Assembly (NCBI GenBank): GCA_964304625.1
Contig: OZ199840.1
Location: forward strand, 445,912 to 509,911
Reading direction: 5' to 3'
Source of the DNA: Kudoa neothunni
Lineage: Eukaryota; Animalia; Cnidaria
Length of the DNA stretch: 64,000 nucleotides
The notes beneath the pieces were generated by a model. That model saw only the letters and a program-made list of their open reading frames with translations. It was not told the DNA's origin and ran no database searches. Positions 11,952-26,112 of the stretch are shown piece by piece. Both the position numbers and the translations under genes were made by a program. Positions within the stretch are counted from its first letter, which is position 1; every line of letters begins with the position of its first letter.

Positions 11952-14949
11952 ATGAAAATATCTGTACATCTCTATCTTTTTTTAGGTATAATTCTGAAAT
12001 AATTTTAATACTAATGTAAGTTTAGGTGTTTTGATATCAAGCGCAGCCAATACTCCTGCAGGTCAAGATCCTCCAGCTGCAGCTGCGCCTTCAGATTCAG
12101 CACCAACAAAAACACTGAAATATCAGATCGTGAAAGAGGCAGCTAATGGCCCGGACCAAATTAAAATCAATCTTGGGGGCTCAGAATATGGAACTAACAA
12201 AAAATGCCTTTTAAAGCGATCTAACGAGGCGGAAATTGTAGCTGCTAATGTGGACACAGCAGCTGCGTTTATGGACATCAACGAGTGTTCTGCCAATGAC
12301 GTTACTAATGCTCCTAGTAAATGTGTAGTCGATTGTATTTCTGATGCCAATAAAATAACGTATGAAAAACTGTCACCAAGAACCAAATACATATTTGTCT
12401 ACGTAGGTGATGGCACGAATGATGTTAAAAACAAAGATAAAGGAGTAGGAGCAAATGTATTCGGGTATTCAATACGTAAATCAACTTAATTTTACATAAA
12501 AATAAAATTAATTTAGCATTATTGGCTAATCCACAAATTACCGTATCTACAGACGCTCATCAGCTGAAATTCTTAGCGAAACCATGTGCACCTGTAAATT
12601 GCCCTATTTATTACAAAGATGTTAAATACGCCAATGGTGCCAAGGCGGCAACTTGTAATGCTGAGAATTCAGTAAACAAAGTTGATTTTGATTTATTGCT
12701 ACCACAATACGAAGTAAGATGCGAAAATTATCCCAGTTTCTTTTACAATATGCCCAATCAATATATGAAGAAAAACATAGATATTTATAAGCCTCAGTTT
12801 TATATTATTGCCAAAACTGAAGATAAAGTGGGAATTAAATTCACCAATTCTCCATCGTCTGAAATCTGTCTTTTCAGTCTTAAAAATGGTCAAAGTGCAG
12901 GAAATAATGAAAAATATACGTCCGTTTGTGGCGGGACTGACAAGAGTTGTTATGCTCCATGTAAGTACGTCGAACTCAATGGCATTGCGGAGAAAAAGAT
13001 TTATAAAATTTTAATCAAAACAAGATATCACGACATAGAAGCTACTAGTGGTGATTTGAAGGGTTACGAACAAACTAAATTTGGTAATCCTTAAATCAAT
13101 ATGCAGTTTGTATTATTTTCATTAGCTATTACTGAACCAACTGAAGGACTCCTGTCAGTGTACACTCATCAGGGAGTGTCATTTGATAGTACCTTATTTA
13201 AAAGAGAGTCTGAACCAATAATCGATAAATGTACTCTAAAACACTACTTTGCAGACAAACTCAAACCAGACACCTTAACTACAACAACGTGTGATGAGAC
13301 CAGCTCCAGTAGTTCCAATTGCAAAACTGATTGCTCAACGAAATTGGTGATTCAAACACTTACATCGGGGAAAGCGTACATGATTGAGATCGCGTTTGAA
13401 GCAAATAGTTCTGCAAAGGATTTTAAAGAACATATATTCATAAGAACAAGTAAAACATCGTATTTATTTGATAAAATAATGTATTCTAAAGAAAAAGAAG
13501 CAAGCAAATCATTCTCAGCTACCGCACCAACAGAGACAGACACAACAGTCTCTCTTACAGCTACGATTGCTACCACAACTGAAGCTCAACAAAAGAAAAA
13601 TGAATCTACCTGTGAATATTTGGTGAGTCCGGCTGGATTGGACAGCTTTTTCCACGCGAAATGTAATGGCAACACCCCATGTAGAGGAATTTGTAGTGAA
13701 CAAGTTACGATAGAAGACCTCGAGCCAAACAAACGTTATGACATCAGAGTGATCGCACATAAGGATTACGGAATAAAAGATTACACAGATATACGAACAG
13801 GTTATTGAAGTTATAATTTACTCTTTAAATTTTTAATAGCGTTAACAACATTAACGATAACACACAAGATCACATTGGATGGTTTGTCATTGAGGGCACG
13901 ATTAAATTCCGTGGATCCAAGAGCAACATGCAGTTATATCATACAAAAGAAAACTGGTAACGATTACACAAACTATTACACATGTCCAGAGGTGCCGAAA
14001 GTAACGACACCTGTTACCGCCCCAGTAGCACCAACACCCCCTTCAGCTGCTCCTCCCAGTTTAAGTTCAGCAGATCTCAACACAGCTAGAATCGCTGTGC
14101 CAGTGGTAGCAGATGGTGGTCCAATACCAGTAGCGAAATCTTCTGTTCCGGGTACTTCAGATACAAAACTTGCTGAGGCCGCTAACAGCATGAACACATG
14201 TTCTTCAAATCCCCTTTGCAGTTCCATAACATTTCCCGAGTATGAAGCAGCAAATACATACAAAATTTTAGTCACAGCTATCGGAAAATCTTCACAACAA
14301 GAGCATATCATAGAACCAAGTATTATAATTAATGCTTCAGTTAATGTCTCTATTAAGAATTTTTTAAACGAAACTTGTATTAGCTGCACCACAATTAAAC
14401 CCAACTGACTCCTCAAAATTGATATCAGTCGTCATTACACGTGATGGGGACAGTTTCATTGTAACCACCACAGTTCCATCCAGTATGAACGATAAATCAA
14501 AATGCAGATGGGAGTTACGTAATAGCAGTGTCAAGTCTAATGCGGTGGTAAAATCTTGCATGAGAAGAAACGTAGACAGATGTCCTGCCTTTGTGACCTG
14601 TAAAGAATTCAAAATAAATAATTTACCTGATGGAAATGACTATTATTTGACTGTTTACAGTGTCGAAGATGATACAATTTTTGGCGGTGCTGACATACAA
14701 CAAGGTATATTATTTGTTGATAATTTAATGCTATATTTATCGTAGGAGCAAAAAGTAGCTCAGGGTGAGCTTAATAATATTTTTTTAATTTTATTTAATA
14801 CTTTTTAGGGATAAAACCAAACTTATGTAAACATCTTTAAATATTGATATTTGAACTAACCTTTTTATAGAATCATTATTGCATGCGTTGCTGTGGTTGT
14901 GGTTATTGCAATAATTGGCACCGTGGTATTGAAGAAGAAAAGAGACTAA
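11952..14949 (+). CDS. Orphan type I membrane protein with ~7 cysteine-containing FN3-like repeats, TM helix and KKKRD tail (~10 exons)
   Basis: Hand splicing gives a continuous frame: signal peptide MKISVHLYLFLGVLISSA; repeated C..C..C..C plus FN3-like strand motif (IEDLEPNKRYDIRVIA, YEKLSPRTKYIFVYV, INNLPDGNDYYLTVYS); micro-exons 14746-14764 and 14809-14826; TM IIIACVAVVVVIAIIGTVVL; stop at 14949. Confidence 0.8.
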
Positions 14950-15361
14950 ATTAATTTTTGTTAACTATAGTTGTTAGGTATCATTTATTAATAAAACTAT
15001 TCGATCACGTAGCATTATTTGATGTTGAAGTCGTTAGTTACAATTATTGTTTTTTGGACTTTTGGTATGTAACTTTAGAGAGAAAATAGGATATCCGATG
15101 TTTATTTTGATGAAATTATGTGATTTCAAAAATTTTTTCTCCATTTTATATTGATTTCGAATTAATTTTTTGTGACTCTAACAGTAGTTATAGCTTTTAT
15201 TAATTTGAAATCTGATCAAATTATGTCATTGAATTTCCAGGTTAAAATATTGATATCTTGAGCTTGATTTTCTTGAAAAATTATTATTAAAAACTTAAAT
15301 AGTACAATTTTTAAAGTCAAAATAAACTCAACCTTTTATGTATTATTGTCTGCGTTATTAA

Positions 15362-16105
15362 CCTTCTAAGTAACAATTACCCAGGCCCCTCGGAGTATAA
15401 CTCGGGTCGATTTGAACCCCAGAGTTTTTAGTGATTTCGGTTAATAATTGTGTTTTCTATCAATATACAAAATTATAATATTAAGAAATGTTTTTTTGTT
15501 AATTTCTCTGTTTGTTTTTTCTAACGCGTGTGCATATATGCAGTGTTCCAGGGCGTCCACTGCTCGGTCTTTTCCCCAAGACCTTGGGTTTTTATTGAAA
15601 ACCTGTAAACATTGATAATAACACAAATCTTATTATGTGCGACATTAATATTTATATTTTTAATAACGTATCCTACTCAGATTATATCGTGCAGAGTTTA
15701 AACATTTACGATATTGAAGGACAGCACAATAGATTGTTTAACGTGGCACGATTGCACAATTGTTCAGTTAACTTTGGCACACATTATTAGAACATTTAAC
15801 TTTATTTCAAAATATATCTCAAACTATGAATTAATTAATTAATTCATTCATTGTGAGCATATTGATCTATACTAGACATTATATTTGAACGAGTGTTCGC
15901 GCCAATAAATTGTAATAATACGACAATAAATTTAAATTTAATATCTGTAGATGTATGTAAAGACTCGGAATATGATTAAAAACTTTAATAGATATGATTA
16001 TATTATTTGTTTAAACTTTAGACTAGCGTTTTTCTCGACCTTGGGTATTTTCTAAAATCCCGCTGGCAGCCCTGGTGTATAGTCGTTTTTGGCATGCTCG
16101 GAGGG
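15362..16105. mobile_element. Putative non-autonomous piggyBac-type MITE
   Basis: TTAA on both sides, CC.. / ..GGG ends with only weak TIR similarity, and GGGT..ACCC subterminal palindromes. Confidence 0.45.
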
Positions 16106-16619
16106 TTAAAGTCCTAAACCGAGAATATTCAAATTCACGTGTAATTTCCATTTTATTTAGAAAAAGTTTCAAATTCTTTTATTTTTTGTATTTAACAATT
16201 ATTTACATTAATTACTCCAAAATTTGTTTATAATGAATAACAGAGGCCTATTAGATAACGCATTGGGTGCCGCGTTTTATATATTAATGCGTTACAAAAT
16301 TGAAATAAATTAAAGCAAACTCATTGGATATTTACGTTTACTTTCATTAAACGCACATTTTTGTAAACGTACTATGTAAAACGTAACAAATAACAGTCAA
16401 GAAACCTAAGCAGATCATATATTCACACACCAAAGTTTGGTATTTCAGTAGATTGTAAATATATGGTGTAGTGTTACAATTTATAACCAAAAACTAATTA
16501 ATAAATGTTTATTTTTAGATTTTACCTCATTTTTACATTAGTTAAATAAATCAAACTTTATTTGTGTATTTTTCGTCTATTTGTCCAAATACTCTTAATT
16601 TACTTTAAACATAAAATGA

Positions 16620-16695
16620 ACTTAGCCTACTCAAAGCTTTAGTCTACTTGCCGGGCAAGGAAGTCTACGCGAACGGGGAGGGGCTTTTGCGCTAG
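16620..16695 (+). repeat. Helitron-like 3' terminus, repeat of 11369-11442
   Basis: TACTCAA.GCTTTAGTCT..GCCGGGCAAGGAAG..TTTTGCGCTAG|T is shared with the copy at ~11370-11442. Confidence 0.5.
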
Positions 16696-18217
16696 TACCA
16701 GTATATTTCCATCAAAAAACGATTCACATCTGATGAAAATTCAAAATTTTAACGTTAATAAGTCCAACGATTGGGAATTATATAATTTCTTGTCGTTTTA
16801 ACCTTAGATATTGTAATTTAAATTTTGCATGTATGGTGGGGAGCTGTAATTATGACCCTAAAAAGCCACGTGAGGCTCAAGAGCCGCAGGTTGCCGACCC
16901 CTGATATACACCAATGCAATATTTCAAACAACAAAATTTCTAGGTTATTTATTAATAAATTTTTCTTTTAAAACTTAAGTTGAGCATCCAGTTTTTATAT
17001 AAATATGTGTTATTGTTGCGCTGCAGAGAGATTACGATATGTCAAAATATACCACACTATTATCCGGGGTTTTTCGGTCATCCAAAACCGCCGCGCGGAG
17101 ATTACCATACGTAACAGCTATATCTGAACATTTACCTGTATTTATATTAAACAAACATTAATTACCGATTACTTAAAAAAGTAGTTTACTCCTCTGTAGA
17201 CGTGTTTTCGCCTATAATTATGAACTGTTTTTTATTCTTTATATTCTTTCTTAATATATATACCAAAATTTTTAATTAAAGTTGTAGAAATTAAAATATT
17301 TTACTTAATAAATAGTAAGAACTGTTTATAAATCTACGAAGGAATCCTTTAAATAGAAGTTTTAAAAAAACGCGGGTGCATACGACATTGTTTATGTTCG
17401 GTTAACCGGAACCTCATTATCCAGAAAGAAAATCGACGGTCCCAAATTTCCCCGATGATCGAGATTTGCCTTTATATAGATAATAGATATACTATAGGAT
17501 CATAAATTCATTTCCTAGCGACACATTTTCATTTATCTTGCGTATAACACATTGAATAAAATGTCAAAAACCCCAAAAAATCATCTATTATGTCTAAAAT
17601 TTGAAAATATTTTGTTATTACGATGCATAAATGGTATTTAAGTAAATAAAATTTTCTCAAAACGCAAATTATTATTAGTTATTCAATATACTTAAGAAAT
17701 ATTCTTTCTTTCAGTTACTAATTACGTTTTTAAGAATTTAGTAGCAATTTTGGTGCTTAGAGTCAGCGCATTTATAAAAGAAGTTTTATTCATTCATTAG
17801 ATTATCAATTTTTACATTATTTGTATTATAATTTTAATTTTTATAAAATAGCTAATTATATTATAATAATTTATGCTTAAAATATATTTATTTGTGAGAA
17901 GTTTTAACTACACAAGGATGAATTCGGCGAAATAATTGGTCTGGTGAGTTTTGGTAGGTTTTAACATGGTAATTAAAACTACCCTAATTAAGGAAGAAAT
18001 AGATAAAGTTTCCTCACTGCTGAAATTTATCCAACTCACTTTTACAGATTATTTCCTACTTAAGTTTAAAATCTACGGCAACGCTCATAAAATAAAGTTG
18101 TCAATGTATAATCCATATAAAATTTAAAAATAATATCAGTTTATTCTGGTTATTTATAAAATCACTAAAATTGATTATAATTCAAATTATTCACGAGGTA
18201 TTGTTAGCTAAATCGCA

Positions 18218-19755
18218 CTAATTCAGATGATCAAATTGGTCAACAATTACGTCTTCTTCTTTTTCTTCAGGTTGTGTCTCTTCCGGTTCTGGTTGATCAG
18301 CCGCCTCTTCCTCACCATCAGCAGTTTCTGTTGCGGAATTAGTTGGTGCAGGTTCTTCGTTACTTTCAGAAGCTGTAGTAGTAGTAGTCTCGGTTGTAGT
18401 TGCTGGGGTAGTTGTTGGTTCGGGTAAAGTAACTTCATTTACACCTTCAATGCAAATGTAATTGCAAAGAGCTTCACTTTCAAAGTTGTTCGCATTTCCA
18501 CCAATTCCAGTATATGCAAATCTTTTACACACCTTTTCTTTCTCATCATAATACCATCTTGGTAATGTGCTTGCTTCATTTCCACTCCCAGGTTCTTTTG
18601 TTTCGCTGCATACAATGGGGATATCTGGCAAAGTATTGACCGTTTCATCATCGTTAACTTTAATCATTAAATAATATAATTCTAGGTAATAAAAGAAGAA
18701 TACGAGCAGGACAGGCACTAATACATTCTCCAGCTGTATCGAAATAATTTTTGGTTGAGTCTACTTCAACATCAACAGCTAACATTTGAAGGCAGAATTT
18801 ATATGTTGAATTGTAGTAGTATTTGGTTGTTATATGCCCTTCGGTTGTTGGTTGGTATGCAGCAGAATTGCATCTTTTAGTTGCGATTTCATCAACTAAG
18901 TTTTTTTTATTTAGCTTATTTAATTCTTAATTTTGAATTACTGTGACATTTTTGTCGGCATTCAGAAAAAGAACTAAAGACACCTCTTAAGTTTGAGCTT
19001 TTGTCTACGATCGCATGAACACATGTGGACTTTTCCTTGTCTCGCACGATCTTGATTTCTGTTGCATCAGCTTCATTTGTAGTTAATATAGCCCCTACTT
19101 CACAGTCAACTTTGTTGGGTGTTTCGTGACCTGATTCAGTTGCTAATTTTAATTATAATATTGAGTAAATGAAGAGAACCCTACTTATGCACATATCTTT
19201 GCAATCACTATCACTAGGAAATGAGTATTTAGGCTCATTACATCCCTTATAATTATATTTATTGCAGGTCCCTGCGGTAGCATCAGCACCGGCTTTTTTA
19301 AAATAATATCTTTCGACATCCGTTTTTCTGCAAACATTGAAAGTGCTCGCCCCGTCGTCTGTTAGACTGCTCGTTGATTCGGGAGTACTGCTATCCGTGC
19401 AAGCACCAACTCGACTAGCGTAATCGTATTCAACTAGATTAATATAGAAATATAAAATAAACTGTAATATTACGTTCTTTGTTGCATTCTTCTAACGACG
19501 CAAAATTATTGAAATTAGATCCACCGGCCCCTCTGTACGAAAAGCTTTTGCATGTAGCTGTATCTTTATGAAGGTAATATCTGGTAGGAAAAGATTGTAA
19601 ACGAATCCTATGATTTTTTGTAGCATCAAAATCATATTTTGTATCCGCTATAATTCATTATAGTAGGTGATTTTATATTTTAATTACCATTGAGATAACA
19701 AAGGGGTATGTAGGTTGAAATAGCATAAACTAAGGTTAGTAGGTAAAATCCTCAT
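18218..19755 (-). pseudogene. Five-Kunitz protein copy 2; +1 frameshift in exon 1 (pseudogene or homopolymer assembly error)
   Basis: Same 6-exon layout as copy 1. Exon 1 is 68 nt (ATTTTAC) versus 67 nt (ATTTAC) in copy 1, giving an early TGA in exon 2. Removing one T restores signal peptide MRIYLLTLVYAISTYIPLCYLN. The other exons I checked are open. Confidence 0.75.
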
Positions 19756-20517
19756 GTTTTTAGTATTCGAAACTCTCTAATATATCAGGGAGGGTTAGGA
19801 AAATATTATATTATGTGTGAATAAATTTATTGATAATTATGACAGTTGTCGGTGTGATTATTATATGAACAATGAATTGTTCAAACCAATCGTTAAAATA
19901 CATCAATAACAAAATAGATTGGAATCGGTCGTTAATCATTCATTAAATGACTAATAAGCATCAAAATTATCATATTTTGTGTTTATTATAATATTTATCA
20001 TTCAATTATGTTTATTCTTTTTTTATTGTCATATTTATATGAACAGTGTTAATTAATTGTTTAGTTTTTAGGTAAACTATAGTAATTATTAAAACATAAT
20101 CGACAGTTTTTTTAATTATAATATATATTATAGATCAGATACAGTCAATAACGGTTACTACGTAGGTGAATATCGCGCGCATTTCGCTGTGTGTCATTAT
20201 TTTATTGTTTAATAAAGTGCAGTTATATCTCATAAGTCATTTAAGCTATTAAGGAAACATTTGGGATTATCTATTTAATAATTTTTTTTTACAAATACTA
20301 GAAGATGGATATTACGCACTAATTCTAGTCGCTATGAAATTTAAGAATATCTTAAAATCAAAGTGTATTGTCATTATTTTATGATTTATATTTTAAAGAA
20401 GTAGAATGAAATTAAACCTTTATATCAACGTTTTTCTATTAATAAAAATGATCCAGGATTAGTTCATTAAACAACAAAAATTGAACTAATAGTCCGTGGA
20501 AAAACGTGAATATTTTA

Positions 20518-21620
20518 TCTACTATCTACTACATATGTAAAGTTGAAGTAACCGTGTGTGTAAGCAAGTACGCATGTGCGTCGTAATTTTTTAAAAATCA
20601 TGCTTCAACAAATCTATAAATTTTTTCACATTACCAAATATTCCCAAAAGTGTTTAGAAAATGGTGATTTTGTCGATTCAAAGTTTGTTAAACGAATTAA
20701 TTGAGGCCAACAATAGGATTAACACCTGTATATGTCGTGGTAGTAGTCGGTTTAAGCTAACTTTCCCCATTATATGCTTCATCAAATTTAAATAAGCGAT
20801 ATCAACTGATTTTTATATAATGTGGCCATGTATATTTGGGGTTTTGCGCATATACACTTCTTTTGTCGGAAGGTTTAACGTATATGACTTGATAAATATA
20901 TATTAGAAGTTCTATTAATGATTTAAAATATGAGAAAAGTCTGTATTTACATCATTAATAGCGAGTTGATAGTACATGATGTAATTAGATAGATTGATGC
21001 ATTGTAATGTAAGTGTTGTGTTCGTATATTTCATTGAAATTGTCCGCTAAGTCTAACTTTTCGTGGTTAAGTTCAATGCAGGTGGCTGTAATTTTATTTC
21101 ACCCAATTATTTAAATTGTTTATGTTGAAGTTGACACGTTTTGTGGCTGTTTATGGGAAAAAGTGAGTTAAGCTCTTGCCGGCCCAAAGAATATTAATTT
21201 GAGTAATAAAAATTTATTTTCGCTTATTTTCTTCAATCTCTATATCTTGCTCTATTTATTTGTCTCCCGTAAACAGTGGTGCATAAATTTTCGGAACCGG
21301 CCAAAAATAACATCTAGGGAAACACTTTAACGGGATTTAAATAATTCGGGAATGAAAGAAATACGTCGCTGAATTTAAATTATTTAGCGTTGGTGCAGAG
21401 CCATGAAATTTTTAAATGACCATCAAGATTATTACACTCCTTCGAAGAAATGATCCTAATTTAAATTTTATAATCCAAATTGTTAAAGTATGTTGATTAA
21501 ACCTGTTTAGTTATTTTATTTCTTTGGGTAAATTCGAAATTTCAATATATTTTTTGAATTCTATTAAAAAACGTATCTATGCGAAATCTTCCTCAAGCAA
21601 CGTTGGGCAGTTCGCGCTAG
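20518..21620 (+). mobile_element. Putative non-autonomous Helitron-like element
   Basis: 5' TCTACTATCTACTACATATGTAAAG..GTGTGTG start and 3' GCAACGTTGGGCAGTTCGCGCTAG|T end. Confidence 0.4.
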
Positions 21621-22391
21621 TAATTATAAATTTTATACACGTGTATAAATTTATTAGTATCTTGGTTTCATTTCAGGATTGCATGTTGTTCTTTAAAACT
21701 GAGTAGATACGTTGATTTTAAACTATACGTGTGGCCATTGTACATAAATTAAAAACGATAATAATAACAAATTTTGTACGCTTTCATTATTAGATTGTTT
21801 TAGGATTAAATCAACTCTAATATTTTTCATGAAATAGCTGATAAACCTACGGAATTCATTTCTTCATTAAAACGGAGCTTAATCGCTGATCAAATTTAAA
21901 AATTTTCTAAAACCAATGTAGAAAGTATTTTTATTATATTTAATGTAAATAATGTAACTACGACAAATGGATAATGAGAGTAACGTGGATGACATTTAAA
22001 TATTGTTTATAACCAACTGTGAAATTAACTACTGAATAAAAATTAATTTTTTTTGTACATATATCCCTGAGAGTCTAATATCAACGATCAAATTGATGAT
22101 AAGTTAAATATATATGTTCGGATAGAATCTTAGAGGAATCCGACCAACGACAATCAATTATAATAAAATGATTAAATTTTACTTTCTTTCGGTTTATTGA
22201 ATCAATTGAAATCAATAATTATTGATTAATAATAAACTAAAATATTTATTCTCTAAAATTTGCGAGAAACGTATATAATGGTTCGGATGGATTAACTCAT
22301 TCATTAAATTCTATATTAAATATTAAAATGATGTAATAAACAAATAATTGGCAAGTATAACATATTTGGAAATAATCATATATTAGGTTAA

Positions 22392-24948
22392 TCCTCGAAT
22401 ACCTGAGAAAAAAAGTTACAAGAATACCTGAACAGGACCACAATGGTCCTGTGCTATTTCCCTCCGATATAGTTGGAATCATAGCACTTAACCCATAGAT
22501 CTAAAGTCATCGACCTTTGTATCTCTATTGTGAGGCAATATATTCTTGGGAACTATTAATTAATGCGCGTGCCACCAATAACGAAATACTATGAGTAAAT
22601 TCACATTAAAAATAGGACAAATTAAAAATATACATTGAATGATAATGAAACATTTTATTTTAAAAAACTAAAATATTCTATATTCTCATTGATTATTATT
22701 TTATATACGTAATAAGATTCTTATATTGATCAAAATTCGCTGCCAGAAATGGGTTATTAATTAATTCAAAACATTTTTGTTAAAAGAAAACTTTATAAAT
22801 ATTTATAAATTCCACTTGGAAACCTTTTAACTAGACTTTAATCAAAGTAACTGAAAATAACTTAAAGTCTCCTTTTTACCAAACTATCCCTTCTAACGTC
22901 AATTTACTTATATAAAAATCATTGTATTTACAAAATATTGAATATTTAAGCTTTTTGTATATGTATATATATAGATAAAAATTTAAACGTCTAATAAAAG
23001 AAGAAAAAAATTTCAATTATATAATGAATATGTTTAAGTTGCAATGAAATGTATCACATTCTACAATATTAGTTCAGTGGTTTTCACAAACATATTGTTA
23101 GCATTTTGTACAAAATATTCTAATTTTATTCTGTTTACTCATAGAACCAATGCGACACAAACCTCCTCTGGAAAAATATTCTGTTTTTTGTCTGGATTGA
23201 TTTGGCAGTATCCTCATCTCCAAGTAACTCTTCAGCAAGCATTTTCAATAATTTTCTTCTTTATTGCTTTTTATTAGCTTTATGCAATTGAGAATTTCTA
23301 TTAATATACAAAAGATAAGCATTGTAAGAAGCTATATTAATTATATCGAAAAAAATTGCCATCGGCCAACGACAAATAACTCGCTTGGTGGAATAGCAAC
23401 GGATAATACGGTATAGAGAATCGGCGCCACCCTTTGTTGAATGTTAATAAATTAAAATTTCAAGCTTTTCGGTCTCCTTGTTTATCTCAACGTTTCGATG
23501 TTGAGGGTTTAAAATAACTACCGATTTGTTTTTCTTCCGGTTGAACTTCACCAGAGTAAATTTTTCCTGAAAAAGAAATTGGATCTCATTTTCAATACCT
23601 TTTGGGACTGGAATTCGGGGACAGGAAATTTTTTATTTTTTCTTACTGTTCCAACAATAGTAGTCTTTTTTGAAATAAGATACCTTGCAAGAGATAGAGT
23701 GCTAAAAAAATTATCTGTAGTTACATTTCGACCTTTGTTTAAGTATGGTTGCATTAGACCTCTCATTACATTTACGCCTTGGTTATTTGCAACCACTCCA
23801 TTTTCCTTGCAATGCATATTTTTGAATTGCAGAGATACGCACTTGTTGCATCTTACAACGCCTAGATTTTGAATCCATACTTACCAGGCTTCGATGGAAT
23901 AAACATTTTGAAGGGGCATCGTCCTCTAAATGTTACAAGCTGCTGATCAACAGTTAACTGAGAGGATGTGTTGTAACCTTACCTGCATGTCTTTATGAAG
24001 CTGTCAAAAATATATCTAATTGGCGCTAATTTGACATCGTGATTTCTGGATATCTTCTTTATTATGGATGATAGGCCGTATTTTTCACTCCAGGACTCTC
24101 TAATCTTCTCGTTCTTCCTTTTCACCACACCAATAAGTATGACTGCATTAAAATAAATGTTGAGTTCTTCCAAATAAATTTTCTTTATGTTGGGGTTTTC
24201 TTGTTTTATGAACATATGCATTATACGATCTTATCAAGTATAAACGAAGTCAAGAAATTATTAAATGCTCCCAATGGAGTCTGTCCTAAAAGTCTTGCTT
24301 CTTTTGAAAATTCTGGTTTCTACTTGTATATATTTCACTGCGTGACTCTCCTTTCAATCCTTGTTGGAGTTCTGTACCACTTTTCTCAGTCTTTTGGCAC
24401 GACACAGGAGATTTTTTAATTATCTTCGATACTCAAGTCGCTGTCATTTACACCACAATCATCTTCATTATTGACCAATTCATTCATGGTTTCGTCTAAA
24501 TCTTCAGATTCTGTTTCTTTAAATAATACGTCATCAACAGTTACATCTTCAACTTCAAGAAAATTAATTTCTCTATCAGATCTCGTATGAGACGTTTTCT
24601 AGAACACTGATCATGCACCATAAATTTCATTTATACGTTTTAATATTCATAATTTAAATTATAATCCGTTATAAAACGTCGTTTCTAGGACTCAGTAATT
24701 TTAATGTTTCAAAGGTTGATTAGGTCATTAGTTTCAGGTGGACCACTGTGGTCCCTCTCAGGTATATATGTATTTTTTTGTTTTTTCATTTATGTACAAG
24801 GCTACCAAGTCTGAAAATCTAATATTTTATTTAGTAAATTTACACAATAAAATAAACGTAATTAAAAATTAATTACTTATAATCCTGAAAAAATATTAAA
24901 GGTTTTTTCGCTGGTGGACCACAATGATCGACTCCAGGTATTTGAGGG
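22392..24948 (-). mobile_element. Decayed piggyBac DNA transposon (third family)
   Basis: TIRs TCCTCGAATACCTG / CAGGTATTTGAGGG with TTAA on both sides. Transposase fragments LTVDQQLVTFRGRCPF, GRNVTTDNFFSTLSLARYL..TIVGTVRKNK. Confidence 0.92.
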
Positions 24949-26112
24949 TTAAATCCGAGAAATCAATCATGGATCATTACTACGCTTAGGTTCAATTCTT
25001 TTGTCAATTGGTTTCTTTCACGTGTGATATCATGAGCAGATAGTTCAATTTTTTATCTCAAATAATTCACCCAATCATATACTAAAGTATCGATGTCGTA
25101 ATTTGAACACCGTATAAAATTTTTTCTCTCTGAAGAAATCAAGCCAGATTATAAAATTATATCTTTCTTCCTAATCAAGATAGTATCTAGAGTAGAAATA
25201 GATGGGAGTTTAAATTTACGAAAAGTAGAATTTTTAAACTCCTGATTAGTATACTTTCAAAAAAATCAATAAATTTATATTTTTGTTTTATTATTTCCTT
25301 ATTTTTAAATTTTCCAGGCATAAATGTAAAAAAAGCACACAACTAAATCCGAGTATAGCTGAAAAGTTACGGGAAATCAATTAACGTTAATAATATGAAA
25401 AAACTACTTTCGAATTTTCAATTATTAAAAGTTTTGTCAATTATTATTATAACCGATAAATAAAATATATGGATAAAATATTAAAATAATATTTTAAGGG
25501 AAGAAAGCCTGAAATTACGGGAAATGGGTTACTTACTGTATTTCGTTATTACAGGACACAAACGTTATTTTAAAAATATAATTTTCTTAAAACAAAAATT
25601 ATTGTTAATTATTCAATATACATAAGAAATATTCCTTCTTTTAGTTCCTAATTGCTTTCTCAAAACTAAGAATTAAGTTGGATGCCTAGGGAGTCAACAC
25701 AATTAATATCACTTGTAATCAGTAATCATATTTATCATCAATTTTTACATTTTTTATACTATAAATTTTATTTTTATTAAATATCTACTTATAAAATATA
25801 TTTACCTATGAAAAGTTATTAAATTACGCAAGGGTGGGTTTGAATAAATAATAGCATGATGAATTTTCCTAGTTCTTAATAGAGTTAAAAACTTCGATTA
25901 ATGAAAAAATAGATAAATATTATTCAATGAGAAAACTTTTCCGATTTTACCAATAATTTTACAGACTTAATTTTAAATCTATTTAAACGCTCATAAAATA
26001 CAGTAATCTGTATTAAGTTAAAAAATAATATTGGTTAATTTTAATCATTTATAAAATGACTGAAACTGATACTAAATCAAATTATTTGCTAACTAGTGTT
26101 ACCTAAATCGAA

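Noticed and set aside
12123-14612. Minus-strand ORFs over the FN3-like gene and alternative-frame ORFs over the Kunitz genes
   Set aside because: Shadow frames of real exons with no independent protein features.
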